Assembly: GCA_964304625.1 (NCBI GenBank)
Contig: OZ199838.1
Coordinates: forward strand, 4,551,354 to 4,615,353
Direction: 5' to 3'
Source: Kudoa neothunni
Lineage: Eukaryota > Animalia > Cnidaria
DNA length: 64,000 bases
The notes beneath the pieces were generated by a model that saw only the letters and a list, made by a program, of their open reading frames with translations, had not been told where the DNA came from and ran no database searches. The position numbers and the translations under genes were made by a program. This document shows positions 39,973 to 54,328 of this stretch, piece after piece. Each line of letters begins with the position of its first letter. Positions within the stretch are counted from its first letter, which is position 1.

Positions 39973-41300
39973 ATGATCAACCAAGTTCTATCAACAATTC
40001 TAGTTTTGTTCATGCTTTGCAACATAATATCTGTAGACAATATTTGTGTTAGCGACAATCCAAATATGAAAAACTTCAGACTTGAACTGGATGCCTCGAA
40101 AAACACCTTATGTTCTAAATTTGATAAGGAGGTTTACGAAGGTTGCGAAAATAGTGTAAACTGTTACAGTAATTTTCCCCAATGTATAGTTTGTTCGGAG
40201 TAAATTATTAAAAATCTAGACTTACGCTGTGAAAGTGTATTTACCACGAACAACAAAAATAACGTACAACTGCAAAAAAATGATTTAACCTTGTCAATCA
40301 GACGTGATACTGAAATAATGTTGTTCAAAATGGGTAAAACACAGTTGTTGCTTGATAGATGTTGTGCCCGCGGAAATTTTATGGCATATCTTAAGAATGC
40401 ATTCGGGAATTTTTTCCCTACCACTGCAATCGAAACTATTATGGTATTTCTTGTAAATGAATATTTCCCTAATATTTAATGTCCGCAAGTTCCTACTAAT
40501 AACTTTTTTTTCTAATAATAAATTTTATTCGTATAATCTCATAAAATATGGCGTTGATTTAATTTTTTTAAAAAGAGATTGATTTTCCAAGATGAGCAAA
40601 ACAAGCCTGATTGTACCATAGTAAATCGATGGATAACCAGCAAGTTTTCAGGTTAATTCTCAAATATGATACTTTTAACTAAATAGAAACTACTTATTTA
40701 GATCTCTTAGAAAGAAACTCAGGTGATATCTTTGACAGTGATCCCATAGAAAAGAATAGATTTTATAGAATTCCTTTTTCTCAACGAAACCTCCGCAGCG
40801 CTTGTATTTCTATGCCAATATGCATTTGTATCCCTGAACAAAGTAATTTAGTTGGAATTTTATGTGTGCATACAAATACAGCTACTTGCAAACAAAATTA
40901 CGTACACAAGTGGCTTATGGATTATATGGATGGAGCAATGGGTGTTCGACACTCGAATGGATCCATTGATTTGGAAAGTCACGGAAACTTTGGAATAGGA
41001 CCAATGATGTTCAAAAGGGCTGGTACAACTCGGTCATTGAAACCACTATTTAATGTATAAGTTGACTATCATTTTAAAAATTTTGCCTATATCAGTGTCT
41101 AGGTAACAATTCCATTCCAATATGAGGATAGACATTATAAGTTTATGCTGGATTTCAGTCGCAGGATTAGGCCAAACCTCGGAATGGATTTCGATGATAG
41201 CGGGCTGGATACAAGATTACGTCTTTTATATGTAACGGTTATTGTTGGGTACATCATCATCGTTCTAACTACAACAATCTATTTCGTATACACGAAATAA
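39973..41300 (+). CDS. Orphan Cys-rich type-I membrane protein (signal peptide, C-terminal TM)
   Basis: Signal MINQVLSTILVLFMLCNIIS. Introns at about 40169-40219, 40652-40686 and 41055-41102. Cys-rich ectodomain. Ends LRLLYVTVIVGYIIIVLTTTIYFVYTK*. Phase is unresolved across 40444-40590 (T8 run). Confidence 0.65.
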
Positions 41301-41768
41301 AGAACAAGTTTCCATATAAATCAACCAATGTTAGACTTTGTCCTAAAATATTAAATTTCTATAAATATTATACACCACAACGTATTCTAATCATACGTTT
41401 ACTTTATTATAATATTTACGTATTGTGGAGAAATCACAATAAGTGGATTTAACAATTTCAGTGTAAAATTGACCACACTCTTAAATATATTTTATTCTCA
41501 AATAACTAATTTATTGATTTTTTAAATTAAAATATTCCTTATGTTAATGTTTTTGGATGTGTAATCTCCTACCCTACTAAGCCATTTTTTCAACTAACTA
41601 CCACATAAGTATATATAAATATTTAAAAGGTGCATTAGTATATATAATAAATTTAGTTTTATTATATTATATCATCAATTCTTTTAAATAAGAGATCACA
41701 TTGTCGGTTTTATTTGTTGTACTGTAGAGAAAGCCAACCCTACACTATTTAAATCGCATATCCTAAAT

Positions 41769-42019
41769 CAGTGTTCTCCAACCTAGGATGAGAGAACTAA
41801 TTTCAGGGGGTTTGTGCAACGAGATTGTGCCTTTAAAAAATTTCACTAATAAAACTATTCGTTTGTATATTCCTGTCTATACTGAAATCCTGCTTTAAGT
41901 ATGTGATTCTGGAACACTGATATTATAAAACAAAAAATACGTGATTAATACATTTACGTGTTTTATTCATTAGCGTAGCTAGTCAGGGGTTCCTAAATCA
42001 AAAATGTTGGGAAACACTG
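41769..42019. mobile_element. hAT (Buster/Charlie-type) MITE, 251 bp
   Basis: TIRs CAGTGTTCTCCAAC and GTTGGGAAACACTG. Both flanks are nnnTAnnn. Confidence 0.7.
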
Positions 42020-43138
42020 CAATAGAGCTAAAGTTAACACTCTTAATTTTGGTTTTGAGTTATTATAAAAATTGCCTTAGATTAAATGTCATAACTAAAA
42101 TCGTAAGGTGCTTTTCATACCAATATAGTTATGGGTTTAACGATTCGACGTGTCCTTAATTTCGGTTTTATATCCATGATTAAATTTCTGTTAATGAAAA
42201 ATGATTTTTCATTGGGTAAAATCGAAGTTTGTAATCAAATTATTTTTAACTCATAAGAAATTACGTTAATGAATTAATAAAACCAAGGCCACTGCATAAA
42301 GTTTACTGCCCCATTACCCATACTAAACTGAGCCAAACTTCATTGATGGTCGACAGAATCAGAGGATAGAAACTAATTTAAACATAACTTCTTAAATTGG
42401 TCTTATATTACACAATCCTCTGCGTCATTTTCGAACCTGCATTCGAATAAGACATAAGATAGATTGATAGTTTGGATAGTATAGTAACAATTTCGCACAT
42501 TGACAACAAGATATTTCTCTATTAAAGTAACATTACTTACACCTGCCTTTCTAATCGAGTAATTCGCCTCGAGGTTAAATCCATTGTTTGTTAATATATC
42601 AATAGAGAAATGCCAATATTAGATCAAGCGATCCGTTTGCTATATTACCAAGAAAATGTTATAAACGACTCAGTCAAATTTGTATGGAACAATTTTCATT
42701 TAAATTGATTAAATTATTCGAAGATTACAAGCTGAGTTATTTGTCGAAGCTTGCAGACGCTAATAGATCAGTTGAATTGTAACCCCAGAGGGTTAAATGA
42801 ACCACGTATCTCTCTTTTTATTTATTTCTATGATCACATGATAAAATTATAATTAAATACTTTTATCATGTATAAATAAATCATTGAATTTAGATAGCCA
42901 CAAAAACATGATACACACAATGCTAAATAACAAAAAATTAACACAGTCACGTTAATCCTTTTATGATTAGTTAGTTTGGTATTATAACATACAATATTTT
43001 GATTAGTTTTTCATGAATTTTATTTTATTAAGATTAAAAAAATTGAGCACTAATATTTTCATTGGAAAATCGTTACCTCTAAATAAAACCTTTCAATTAT
43101 TTAGTGATTTTATTATGCATGCGCATTATTTTTCAACA

Positions 43139-44546
43139 ATGGTGGCAGCTGACTCTCTACGCGTGTTCCAATGCTCTGTTATAACCATTATTATGGGCTG
43201 TATTGCGTCACATGTTTTTGAGCATGTTCTCAAGTATACAATTATATGAAAAAGTGAAAAAGTGAGTTGTTTGCATTAGAATTTGCCCCGGTTCAGCTAA
43301 TATAATCACACTCAGTCAGTTGGTTTTCATTTCGTTGCAATGTCTAATCAAGGACCCATCAGTTATTAAATACCGAAAAGCTCCCTTGATGTAATTTCGC
43401 TCATTCATACTATTAGAAATTTTTTACGATTCCAACTAGGAATTACATATTTATGGTGGTCATATTCAGTGTAGTTAATGTGTTAAGTAATGCAGCATTG
43501 ACACTTTATGTGCCTATGACATTGCACATAATTCTTAAATCGGTAAGCTATTGATAGTGTGTATTAGGTAGAGAGGGGTTGATGATTAATTTATAAGGGA
43601 TCGTTGGTGGCAAGTTTGTTGTTAGGAAAAGTCTGTCTTAAACGAAGGTATGTCTGATTTCACTTTCTTCAGATCGATCGCCACTTTTAATAGTTATTCA
43701 TGGCGAAAATACATCAGTGTAGCAATAATGAGTATTGGAATGTATGTGTGCGTGATTCAGACAGTGAATGCACCGGTATAAAATTTTTTAGTTCGTTATA
43801 AATAGTGTCGATGAAACTTATTTTAGAATGTACCTCCACAATTAAGTGAAGATCCTTACTATAAAACCAAGGTTCTGTCTGGTAGAAATACGTTTACTAC
43901 ACGCGATTGTTTACATTCATTATTGTTACGTGAATTTGATGTTAGGTGTTATGGCGATGATGATAACATTGATCTTATCAGCCTATCTTGGAATACTTCA
44001 AGTTATTCCAATTTTTAACAATCTATATCACATCAAAACTATTGAACCTTTTTATTATAGGAAAAGATTTATGCCTCCTATGGAAAACATCCTAACGAAA
44101 TGATGTTTCACGTTGTAACGCTTTTAAAATTCCATATTCAATCAGTTTTGTTGATTCTAGAACTTTTTGGGCTCATGGTCATTTGTTCTATTGTGGCGCG
44201 ATATGAAAAGCCATCTTCCGTGCTATACAACTAATATGGTAGCTCTAGGACTACTACTTGTCAACATAGTAGCACAGTAATTTTGAAATCGTATACAAAC
44301 ACGGCCATATTATTGAAATTTAGGTATCTGTGTGCAAAAAATGTCACAGAACTGTCCACCAGGGTTACGTCTCTTGGAGTTACCATGGTACTCACTCTAA
44401 GGAAATTTCTGAGTGTGATGTGGTCGGCATTCTATTTCAAAAATAATTTTACGATGAATCACTTCATTGGAACAATCTTGTTGTTCGGAGGGACTATGCT
44501 GTACGTCGACTGGACGTCTGACAATAATAAGAAAAAGCAGTCCTGA
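43139..44546 (+). CDS. SLC35B4: Nucleotide-sugar transporter, SLC35B4-like (UDP-xylose/UDP-GlcNAc), about 9 exons
   Basis: Spliced sequence PGSANIITLSQ..VPMTLHIILKSGSLVASLLLG..RYSWRKYISV..YGKHPNEMMFH..TSLGVTMVLTLRKFLSVMWSAFYFKNNFT. C-terminal KKKQS is a di-lysine ER signal. Confidence 0.85.
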
Positions 44547-45799
44547 AATCATTCTAGTTCATTTCTTTTTGTTTTATTGGCTTATGAAAATAAATTTTAT
44601 GTATTTGCGCTCGTATCTAATTGGCAAAAATGAAGTATTAAAAATTAATTAATTGTTTGGGGAACCTAAATAAAAGAATTTGTTAGAATTGTGTCTTGGT
44701 TCAACTAACCTTCTCTCTACAGAACGTCAATAAATCACGTGCGGTCGAGCAACCTGTACCATAAAGATATCGGCGACTTGAAATTATTTAATTGTAGTAT
44801 CGATTCCGATGGCGTCTTCTTCCACAACAATTATGTATGCGCGAGTATTATAAGATTAATTTTATTTCCATTAGTTTTGTATGTTATTAAGCGAATGACT
44901 CAATTTTAAACAATAATTTTATCTTTTTATGTTTTATTTTACCTCAAAAACAGTGTATAAGACCAATTCTATCGCTTAAACCATATGTTATAACTTAGCA
45001 AGAATTTAATACTATGTGAGGTTTTTAAATAAGTTATTGATTATAAGTAATTGTTGACTTTATTATACACATTTATTTGTGGTAAAAAACCCTTGGAAGG
45101 TGTTTTCATTATTAGCGAAAACATGTTATCAATGATTCCTGACAAGATGGCTGATGATGTAATAATGAGCATATTTTTGTTTTCTCCTTACAACAGAAAT
45201 TTTCCTTAGTGATTCGTAACTATAATGATCTTATAATACCATAGACATAAAAGCTCAATTTTTTGTTCATTTAAAGCTTAACTATGTCATGGTCATCAAG
45301 AGTATGAAAGCGATTTTTTGCGACTGTTCGTTTTTTATTTTGTACCAACTACCGAATAACCACCAACTAAGACTGATAAATCTACCTGAGGTCAGTATAG
45401 AAACACTTATAATCCTCATAGGAGTTATAAACAATAATTAACTGGCTCAAAATATAATGTTGCATTGGAATATGGCGAACTAATAATGAACAGCAATGTA
45501 TCTGTATCAACTGGCGCGAACACATACATCGATGAAGATAATGAATCGAATTATAATGATTTCATCCAGATCCACAATGAAGAAAAAATGTATGAAAATT
45601 ATAACTACGAAAAATAGAAAGAGCTGACAGACAGATCATTGCATACATTGAATTTGCTTGGTGGAAGTGGCTATAGCAAATTATTTAATGATCTTAACAC
45701 CTTTCCAGGGCAGTATGAGAAAACTTATACCCACTACTATGAAAATTCCGCTATTAACAATTAATTCACAATTAAATTTATTATGAAATAGGTGAAAAC

Positions 45800-48051
45800 T
45801 AGGGTTTCCCTGATACCAATAAAATTTTATTTTTAAAACCAGTATTAATGAAGAATAATGTGTCGAATCACGTTAAAATGTATCAAGATATCTTTAAATT
45901 GACTCTTTAAAATTATTCTTACATTTTTATAAATCTTTACGCATTTCACCATTGAATAATACAAAAAACACATTAGGTTTGCAATATTCATTAGGCCAGT
46001 CAATAAGATATCGGGTAATGGTAAAGTATGCCGCACCTAAAAAACGTCCTCTTGCGCATGTTTTTCGCATTTCTTTTTTCAAGATTCTCGATAATAAAAT
46101 AAAAGAATATGGAGATAAAAAATTATGCTCAAAATAATAACTTGAAAATTTAGAGAATTTTTCATCCGAACGCGGTTGGATGGTCGGATACACGTATAAT
46201 CTCCGTTTTTTTCAACAAACATTTAATTGATCTCTAATTTTTTCGATAATAATTCATAAATTGGTTTTATTTCATATTTTTTACCATATAAACTTAAATT
46301 TCACAATATCAAATTTAATTATACAGGTTTTTATAGAGTTTAAACATGAATAGTTTAAAAGCGTGAAGATAACCACGTGCTCTCAAAATATATATTCTTA
46401 ATTTTCTTGGAGCTGATGAGTTTTTTTAATAATTAAGCAACATTATATTTTAGATCAACATTTAATTTCAATAGAAAAACAACTTAAGATAGATTATAGT
46501 ATGTTATTACTTTTTAGGAGGAATTCTGACATGTGTGCTTAGTATAGCATTCAATAAACATAAAAATATAGTTATAAAAAAACGAAAAAATTGTTATTTC
46601 TATAGAATTATTAATTTAAATGAATTATATATGTACAGATAAAAATAATAAACCATAATTAACACATTGTATTTATATTTTATAATATTCTCAATTTGAA
46701 TATTTGGCCGAATTTTTTGTTAAGAAATTTTTGCATATAAAAAACCTTAACAATAAAAATATAATTCTAAATTTTTTTCGATATTTTAAAAATACTCCAA
46801 GGTAAAACAATTTTAAATTATCATTTTAAAAAATTAGGTTCTGAATTTTAATAATAAAAACTGAATAATTTTTTAATTTCTAAAAAAAATTATAAACTAA
46901 AACACATCTTACTACATTAATATCTATATTTAAAAATTCACAAAGTATTTTGCTAATAGTGAAAAATGAGACGTTTTTGTGAAATTTGCAACAAGTTTAT
47001 TTTTAGCGTTTGTTTATATAAAATCGTTATACATCAATAGTAAGAAATCTAAATAGTAATAATAAATGAATTTTGAGTTAATAAGTAAGAAAAAAACGAA
47101 ATAATTCAATGTTTGTTGGAAAAAGCGCATTAAAGTTTATGCCGGGCCAAAAAATATTAATTTGAGCAATAAAAATTAATTTTCTTGTGTTTTCTTTGAT
47201 CTCTACTATTTTTTGTAGTTTTTTACCCCTCAAAAAGTTAGTGGTGCATATATTTTTCGAGTCTTTCCAGAATTCGACCTTAAAAATCCCCTGGGTCAAA
47301 AATAACGTATTAGATTGCACTGTAAGAGTGTTTAAATAATTCGGATACCAAAGTAAATATGACACTGACCTTAAATTATTTAGCGTTGGTGCCGGGACAA
47401 GAAATTGTTAATTAAAAACCAAGATTGATTTGATACATTCCTGCACAGAAATGATCATGATTTAAATTTCGAAATCAAAATCGACAAAGTATGATGCTTA
47501 CAAAAAATTTAGTTTGACTGCTTCTATAAATCAATTTGAAACATAATATTTTTTGAATGTTATAAAGAAACGTCTCTATGCAAAATCTTCCCCAAGCAAC
47601 GCCGGGCAGTTTGCGCTAATATCATAAAAATATGGCCAGCGAACAATTTCATTATCTGATTAAATATGTTACTCACGGTTTGATGTGTTCATGAATAAAA
47701 AATACCAATCTCGCGCTAAATATTTGCTTTACCTTACTAAATTAACTAGTTATCCATGTAATGGATATAAAAGCATTATTTGAGAAAATTAATATTTTAA
47801 TAACCGATAATACAATCAGTTAGGTTCCCTTATTAAGTAAAATCAGTATATTTTAGAGAAATAAAACTTTGTTTGAATATCTAAAAATTTTAGCGTAATC
47901 TCATTAGAATACAACAAACGTCTAAAACAATTGAAATTAAAAATGTGGGCATGCGTAGAACATGGTATCGGAATGGGTATCGGTATCGGCGAGTACTGAA
48001 ATTTGGAGTGCTCGTACTCGTTTTAAAAAATGTGATATCGGTGCAACCCTA
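45800..48051. mobile_element. Ac-like hAT non-autonomous element
   Basis: TIRs TAGGGTTTCCCTGATACC and GATATCGGTGCAACCCTA, GGTATC subterminal repeats, TSD GTGAAAAC / GGAAAAAC (6/8). Confidence 0.75.
46924..47619 (+). mobile_element. Helitron-like element nested in the hAT
   Basis: 3' end CCCAAGCAACGCCGGGCAGTTTGCGCTAA resembles the end of the 27812 element. The 5' start (TCTATAT) is tentative. Confidence 0.4.
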
Positions 48052-51000
48052 GGAAAAACTATAGGTATACCCAAGGCAATGAATAATTATTTTGAATCTG
48101 ATAAAAAACAATTTGATATCTATGTGGTATGTTTGAGAAAAATATAATCATTTTGTTTGAAAAATTGTTGTGGATTATTCGCTTTATAACATACAAAACT
48201 AATGGAAATAAAATTAATCCTATAATCCTCGGGCATGCACCATTACTGTGGAAAGAGACACTATCTTATCGTTATTATATTAAAATCGAACGTCACGTGA
48301 TCGCATGTAGAGGTAATAACCGTATAACTTCAAATTTATCCATCAGATAAACCTAAAATTTTATCTATATAATAACAATTATTTTATATATCGATTGGTG
48401 TAAAAATATCTGTGGTAATTTTTTCCCCAAAAATTCATTGGAATATAATCTTGTTATAATTTTTCTGATTTTATATTTTCATTCATAATATTTTCAAATC
48501 GTATATTACTCACCATTGTGGAAGATTAGAAACAAATTCGTATTATATGAAGAGCAAACAAATCACATATACAATCAATAACTTCTCGTTGGGGAAAAAA
48601 TTTACTCAAAATTCATTAGAGGGTTAAAGATTCTAAATGTCAAAAAAACGCCGCAAAATTGTGCGGTGATAAAAATATATTTGTTTTCTATGATTCTTTG
48701 TTTTAAGTTAATAGTTATTATTTAAATTACATCCAAACGGCGATATCAAACAAAATTCATATATCCTTGCGCGCGCCAAATTAAGTACAAGTGGGGAGCG
48801 ACTAGTTTTACGCACTTTTTTCCAATCCCTGCAGGGATTACGTAAAAGTGGTTACCTATTGTAGTTATTTTTTCCTTATCAATAGAATTATATTCAGATA
48901 CAACATCATCATTTTGATTATACGAAATGGAATCCGATTCCTTTCCAATGTCTGAACTGATGGCAGCTGGTAATAATACGATCTTCTGTAGCCTGTCCTT
49001 TTCTATTTTCTCAATTCAACCAAAATCCATTTCAAAGAATATGAACACATTTTAATCGATGGTCGAATGTTTCCCTTATAATATACATTTGAAAATATAT
49101 TTTCTCTTATGATTAATTTGAAGAATAAACATATTCAATAGTATATGCATATAATTTTTATTTTTTCTGAAACCTCCAAGTTCTAAGTTAAATTACAGGA
49201 TACGTTTAAGCCTTTATATGATTACCATGCAGACTGATACTCATCTGTATTGTCTTTGATATAAAATTAACAAACTTTTATGTTTCGTTTACATAAATTT
49301 AATAAAAATTAATTATTTTATTGGTATAAAGATAAACTGAAAAAATACAATTAAATGGTTAAAATAGTCAATAAATAAAAAAACAGAAATTTCTAATTTA
49401 AGAATCATCCAGAATATCTACTTTTCTATATAGATTTTTTCTTCATATTCTATACATTTTCCCAAATACGATACATCGTGTTGAAATTTATCTATCAGGA
49501 AAAACGTCGCATTTAAGTAAGGGGATAAAAATGGCAATGTTATTTGTACAAGCTATTAATATCATGACTTACATTTTTTTGGAATTTTAATATTTTTCAA
49601 AAAATATCATTAATTTTTTTAAACGAGTAGTTGCTGAAAAAAGACTAATTCATAATGGTGATCAATTAAATGAAAAATTAAGAGCGCAATTTTAAAGGCA
49701 TGTTTAAGATTTCTTATTTAAACTCTGACATATTTCAAACAAACAAATTAGGCAATGCTAATTTAGATATGGTTTTCAAATCACAAACAACACTCAGGAT
49801 ACACTGATCTGTTTACTCGTTATGGAGATTATGGGTATGATTATTGGATTAGTAGGTTGATCGCCACTTAGAGACCTACGTGAGAACAATTATTATAGAT
49901 GCGGAAATGGGATGTGAAACCTATAATTAATAATTGCGTTGAAGAAATTCAGATTCATAATATGTGTATTTTATTGATAGCTTGTTAATAAATACACGAA
50001 TTTGAAACGAATATTTGCCAAAATTAGTCAATGTTTATCGTCCAAAGAGTGAAATGATTGTTATTAATTTAATATATTAGTTTAAATTTCCGCAAATATT
50101 ACATAATGTTGCCATTAATTTAATCAAGATTTTCGATATAATCAGAGCTAAATTAGGTCTTGGTAAACAATTGCTCTCTAACTCCATATTAAGATAATTA
50201 GGAAACAACAAATATCTACCTAAAATTTACGAGATATATTCGAAGATAAATAAAATAATTAGTTTTATAGTGAATATTTGATCGTTGAATTTAACTGCCT
50301 AATTTCTGAATCTACTAAGTCATTGACGCGGGATGTTAACGCAAAATACGAATTATGCATCATAGTTGGAATTATAGTTGGGGAAAAAACAATTTATAAT
50401 CTAATGCCGCAAAGTAGGTGGCTATTAGTAGTATTAACCAATTACGTCTAAGTTATATCCAAGTAAAGCAGGCAGCTGGGGAAAAACAACTTGAACCTAA
50501 TCCATTAGGGACTAATCTAAGAGTTGTTATTGATTTTTTATTCATCAAAAAGGTGATGCGGGTGGTTTTGTTATTGATATGAGTTGGTTACAATATGTGG
50601 TGTTATATATTTAAATATCAGGTGTTATCCTACTGAGAATAACGAATCATCATGGTTGTAACATAAGGGTAATTAACATTTTTAACGTAGGATTATATTC
50701 ACGTATTAAACCGCTAAATCCATTAACTAGCTGTAGCTGTTAACTTTATTGGAATCTACTTTTGAATATGTTCGAAAAATTTCAAATTTTAAGCAGACCA
50801 TTTTCCTGTGTTTGCCACCTTTAACCTCCCAAAACAAAAAATTTCTATTATCACGTGAACGGATTTAGACAAGCAACAGCTGATTAAAAACGGCAAATTT
50901 CTATCTCTCAATAACAACGAAAGTTAAGTACAATAAGGTAAATATTTATGTGTTTTTTGATGAAATAGAGTTATTTCGAGTTGAAAGTAATGTTTAAATA

Positions 51001-51546
51001 CCAGCATAATCAACAAATTTATCGAATCAGTTGAATATAATTTAAGAATTTTGTTATTTAAAACAATATCACAACAACCTGTAGAATGTTGGTTTGGGTC
51101 GTATTGAACGAGGGATCGATAATTAATTTCAATTAGGATACTAAATTTAATATACCTCTGTATTATTTTAGCTATAACACTATTGGATAGTATTGTATTT
51201 GGGATTAATCTAGATCAAATAGAGGTCGTGGCAGCCCTATTAATGTGGTTATTTTGGATTTGTTTTCGATAAAATTGTTATGATTATTGTTGTCATTGTT
51301 CTCTGAGTGAATGTGGTGACACAAAAAGCACCACACTTGAATTGTTTTTATTTACTCTAAAAAAGAATGCACCGTACGTGATAAAACTATCCAAATCTAG
51401 ATATTGGCTATATCTATTGCTTAAAATTAGTCTTCGTAATCACATCCAATTGCTCTAGCCATTAATAGATTAATATTTTGAATAATAATAACGCTAATAG
51501 GTTATAATATTTGTTTATGTTTACCGTGTTATTATTTTTTGTAGAT

Positions 51547-53903
51547 ATGAACGAACCAGATGACGTTTCTTCGTCGCCCTACCACACAAACAAAAACAAC
51601 AATAATAATAATAACACTGACATTTCAAATATTGGTATTTTCGAGGAAAACAAAAGCTGTACAGATGAAATTTCTACTGAGAAACTTAGACCAATATCGT
51701 GGCCGTATAATTCTGGCGCCAATAATGATTGCTCTTTCTTCAAAATTGATGATCCCCCTATTTCAACACTGAATATTTGTGATAATAATGATGGCAGCCA
51801 TGTTGATGAGAATTTTAATAATGATGTTCAAAATGATGAGGCTTCCAATAAACAAACCCCAACTGCAACCATTATTGATAACATCTATAATTCACAACTG
51901 CAATCCAACAGCAACATCAACAATTTTTGCCCAACCAATGTTGATCAACCGTCGTCTCAACAACCCATCGAAAGCGAACATTCGCTTTTCGATCTAACAT
52001 CAAATACTAACTCCTTTAACACATCCTATGATGATGTTGATTATAATATCTCTAATCTTTCGATTACTGCCAACGCTAGCAACGATAACAATTCTGCTAA
52101 TAATGCTACTAGAAGAATAAACTCAAATATTAAAAAACCACGTAGGCATGCATGGGGAAATCTCTCCTACGCTGAAATTATCTCAAAAGCTATTAGTTCT
52201 TCGCCAGATCAACGCCTCACGCTTTCACAAATATATGACTGGATGATTAAAAATATTCCGTATTTTGCTTCGAAAAGTTGTGCTGGCTCATCAGCTGGTT
52301 GGAAAGTTAGTCACATTATTTCAACTGATCTGTATTTCTATCTATAAACTGTTTATAGAATAGTGTGCGTCATAATTTGTCTTTGCACGATCGATTTGTT
52401 AGGATTCACACACCGCCACCTAACAAATGTTCCTATTGGACTTTGTCTTCTTTGGTTGATACCACTAGTTTGCAACCCAGAAAAAGCACCAGTTCCATCA
52501 AAAGTAACCTCAAAATAAAATTTTTAAGCGGACGTTATTGTTGTTACGATGAAAAAGGTTCTAATACTAAAAATCGACCAAAACGATCGAGAAGAAGTGT
52601 GCATGTAACCAAAGAGCCATATCTCTCTACAAATAATATCCAAATGGATTCGCTACTACACAATCTTATCCCTTCGCATCAATATCAAACTAAAGACCCC
52701 GCCTCTAACAACTCAGACAATCATCTAATGAGACCAGTTAGTGATTCGGTTGTAGTATTTGATGCTAGCACTTCCAAGGATATAATGATAGATCACCATT
52801 CGTCGGGATTTGTAAATGGCAACAATGCGTTACAATTTAGTGACAACAGCAGTGCAAACAAACAATCCAACAGTGGAACTCATAACGTCAACTCCAGCGA
52901 CTATGGCTACAGTGATTCTGGTAATTTAATGACTGGTTTTCAGCAACTAAAAATGAATTTATTTGTAGTGTTCTATCAACAATTTCAACCCCATCCGCAA
53001 GCATGGAACAATCCTTCAGCAAAACCATTGTCAAACGCGATCCACAACCCCTTTCTACATATGCAATATCCTCAACATGCTACACCTATCATCGAAACTC
53101 ATTCCAAAAGTTATTCGCAAGATAATGTAACAACTATTCCACCAACTGGTTACATAAACCCTCATCAATATTATCAATCATCTACGGGTGATAGCAATCC
53201 TGACACTTCGAACAGTAGTAATTAAAAAATGTTCTCATCTAACCATTGCTTAATAATGTCATCCATTAGTGCAACTCATAGAAAAATCTATTCAAATGAA
53301 TATTCCAAATATGAATAATTTCGAGCATTTCCTTAGAGCCCCAAACGATAACAATTACAATTTCCTGAGTTTCACTCAAGGTGCGCCATGTTACAACAAC
53401 CCAATAAATAACCATTTAGCTGGAGCTGGGCCTTATCATGATTATGCTGCCTGTGGTAACATTAATTACAATTATAACAACCTCGCTTGTAATTCAGTCG
53501 TAACCTGTACTATTTATAATTTATCATACTAGATCACAGAATTCCTGAGAGTTATGTTGCTTGCGTTCCTAATGAAGTACCCCTAACAATCAACGCCAAT
53601 AACACTGGTGTTGATGATATTCATTCCAACAATGAGTATCTTATGAGCATTCTTAACCAATGCAAATATTTTGGTGAAAACAACCCCAAAACTCAACAAC
53701 CACCTTATCAAACTTTTGTAAACAATATACCACCACCATCCAATAGTGTTGGCGATGGGATTCGTGATAGTAGTGGCGGTGACACATTATTTGCAAAAAA
53801 TTTTATTAGCACAATTCATCAACCCTATACCACCAACAACAACAGTCATCAAATTACCGATAAAACACCTCAAGACTCTATTGGCAATAACAACAATTTC
53901 TGA
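51547..53903 (+). CDS. FOXO: Forkhead box O transcription factor, about 5 exons, Asn-rich
   Basis: [39 protein letters not shown]|[16 protein letters not shown] is the FoxO-type forkhead with the conserved intron after GWK (52306-52358). Further introns at about 52921-52968, 53218-53269 and 53489-53533. Confidence 0.92.
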
Positions 53904-54328
53904 ATTATTCACAAATAAAATTCCCCAAGGTTAATTTATACTGATATTTACAAAGATTTTGGTCGGCATTCTCATCTTCCTTTCAGTTGTAGTCGTTAGT
54001 TTATTACTTATTTAATAAACCTACGAGAATAGGTTTCCATCGCAATCCAAAAACTCTTTTTACCATTATTATATTATTTCTATTTCTATGTGTATGTTGA
54101 TTTGATTTGATTAGATTAGATTGGTTTTCAGTGCTTCTAACAATGATTAATCTTTTTTGTTAATTGAGGTTGATGAGGCTCTGTGTCGAATAGATTTCTA
54201 ATTTACTCGAATCTCTAAATTTCTACTTTATAGTTTAATTAATTTTTAACGATGCATGGATCCCCTTAACGAATAAATACATGTCAATTTTATAATTCTA
54301 ATTTTATATTTTTTAATCTGCAAAAGAA

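Noticed and set aside
45663-45675. GGAAGTGGCTAT as another MULE terminus
   Set aside because: No partner TIR, and it falls inside a coding-like frame (GGSGY), so it is probably chance.
51500-51546. Unpaired AG acceptors before start codons as evidence of SL trans-splicing
   Set aside because: For FoxO and the 39973 gene, an upstream GT donor gives an ordinary 5'-UTR cis-intron of about 45 nt.
54096-54125. (GATTW)n pentamer run, and the AAC/AAT run in FoxO (~51590-51615)
   Set aside because: Ordinary microsatellite and poly-Asn sequence; not CRISPR-like or telomeric.
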